A stretch of 63,816 nt of DNA, filler included, from Octopus bimaculoides (Eukaryota): NCBI RefSeq assembly GCF_001194135.2. It is 5 parts of 4 records of this genome, joined end to end, with 100 filler letters (N's around TTAATTAATTAA, not from the genome) between each part and the next. Parts side by side here need not be neighbours in the genome. Positions count along the whole stretch, not along the records: positions 61,224 to 63,816 come from NC_068983.1; 4 more parts are not named here. One strand, 5' to 3'. Positions 63,150-63,816 of this stretch are shown piece after piece; position 1 is the stretch's first letter, and the number at the start of each line of letters is the position of its first letter. The notes below the pieces were generated by a model. That model ran no database searches and had not been told where the DNA came from. It saw only the letters and a program-made list of their open reading frames with translations. Position numbers and translations under genes: made by a program.

Positions 63150-63450
63150 TGGGAGAATTATTTCTGAAATTGTTAACTGCTGTGATGATGTATTGCAGTA
63201 ATCAATACAAGCGATCACTAATAGTTTTTTGCAACTAAATGTTTTCAATGAACTGACATTTTCAAGTGTGTAACTAATCCATCAACTGACCGTTTTAGCA
63301 AGATACACAATTCAGTACTCTCCATAATATCTATAGGAAACATTTTACTGCGCTCGGCAGCCATGTATGGAATCTGAAAACTACGGATTTATCCCATGTT
63401 ATCCTGTGGTACCCCACAGTATTCCACGGTAGATTTTACTAAATTAAATC
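63150..63450 (+). mobile_element. Decayed PLE GIY-YIG C-terminal fragment
   Basis: ctc ggc agc cat gta tgg aat ctg aaa = LGSHVWNLK (cf. LSKHIWELK), preceded by an RY.N-like remnant; frameshifted. Confidence 0.4.
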
Positions 63451-63816
63451 AACAATCAGATACCTACTATCATTTCTGTATACTTGAGGAGTTATCCACA
63501 CTTACAGACAACACTAAAATATTCAACGAAGACAACGAATTAATTTAATCTAGCCCACAAGCGACATTATACACAGACTTATCACTAACGTAGCCATTTT
63601 ACTATTGTTAATGATTAACAGTCACTGTATTAAGATAATGACGTCAGAGTAATTTTCCCCACCTGACACACATGTGTGTATGGATGTGTGTATGTGTGCA
63701 TGTGTATGCGTGTATATATATATATATATATATGAGTATATATGAGTATATATATGTGTCTGTATGAGTGTACATATATATGTATAATTACACACACACA
63801 CACACACACACACACA

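Overview
Eukaryotic, AT-rich, microsatellite- and gap-rich scaffold. The SINE families resemble octopus repeats, so this is probably Octopus (inference, not a database match). The only clear host gene is an SLC22-family organic cation/anion transporter on the + strand. Three consecutive, phase-compatible internal exons are visible: 54798-55003, 58228-58458 and 60631-60833, the last absent from the ORF track. The first exon and the exons after these were not found. The rest is repeat-derived: at least four tRNA-headed SINE families, three mariner remnants, Tigger/pogo and hAT remnants, 3' ends of RTE and R4/Dong LINEs, and Penelope-like (PLE) RT and GIY-YIG remnants. The most interesting signal is a set of long fold-back (inverted-repeat) elements whose arms carry minimal type I hammerhead-ribozyme motifs with palindromic helix III. 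One family has a consistent non-canonical CCGAUGA core (44958-45006 +, 53430-53478 -, 44831-44879 -). A second has a CUGA(A/G)GA core and a long helix II (4424-4888, 8068-8154). Also notable are a minus-strand SAP-domain ORF that runs into a gap (41406-41492) and a 13 x 30-bp array with an open, synonymous-leaning 10-aa LRR-like frame (46441-46830).
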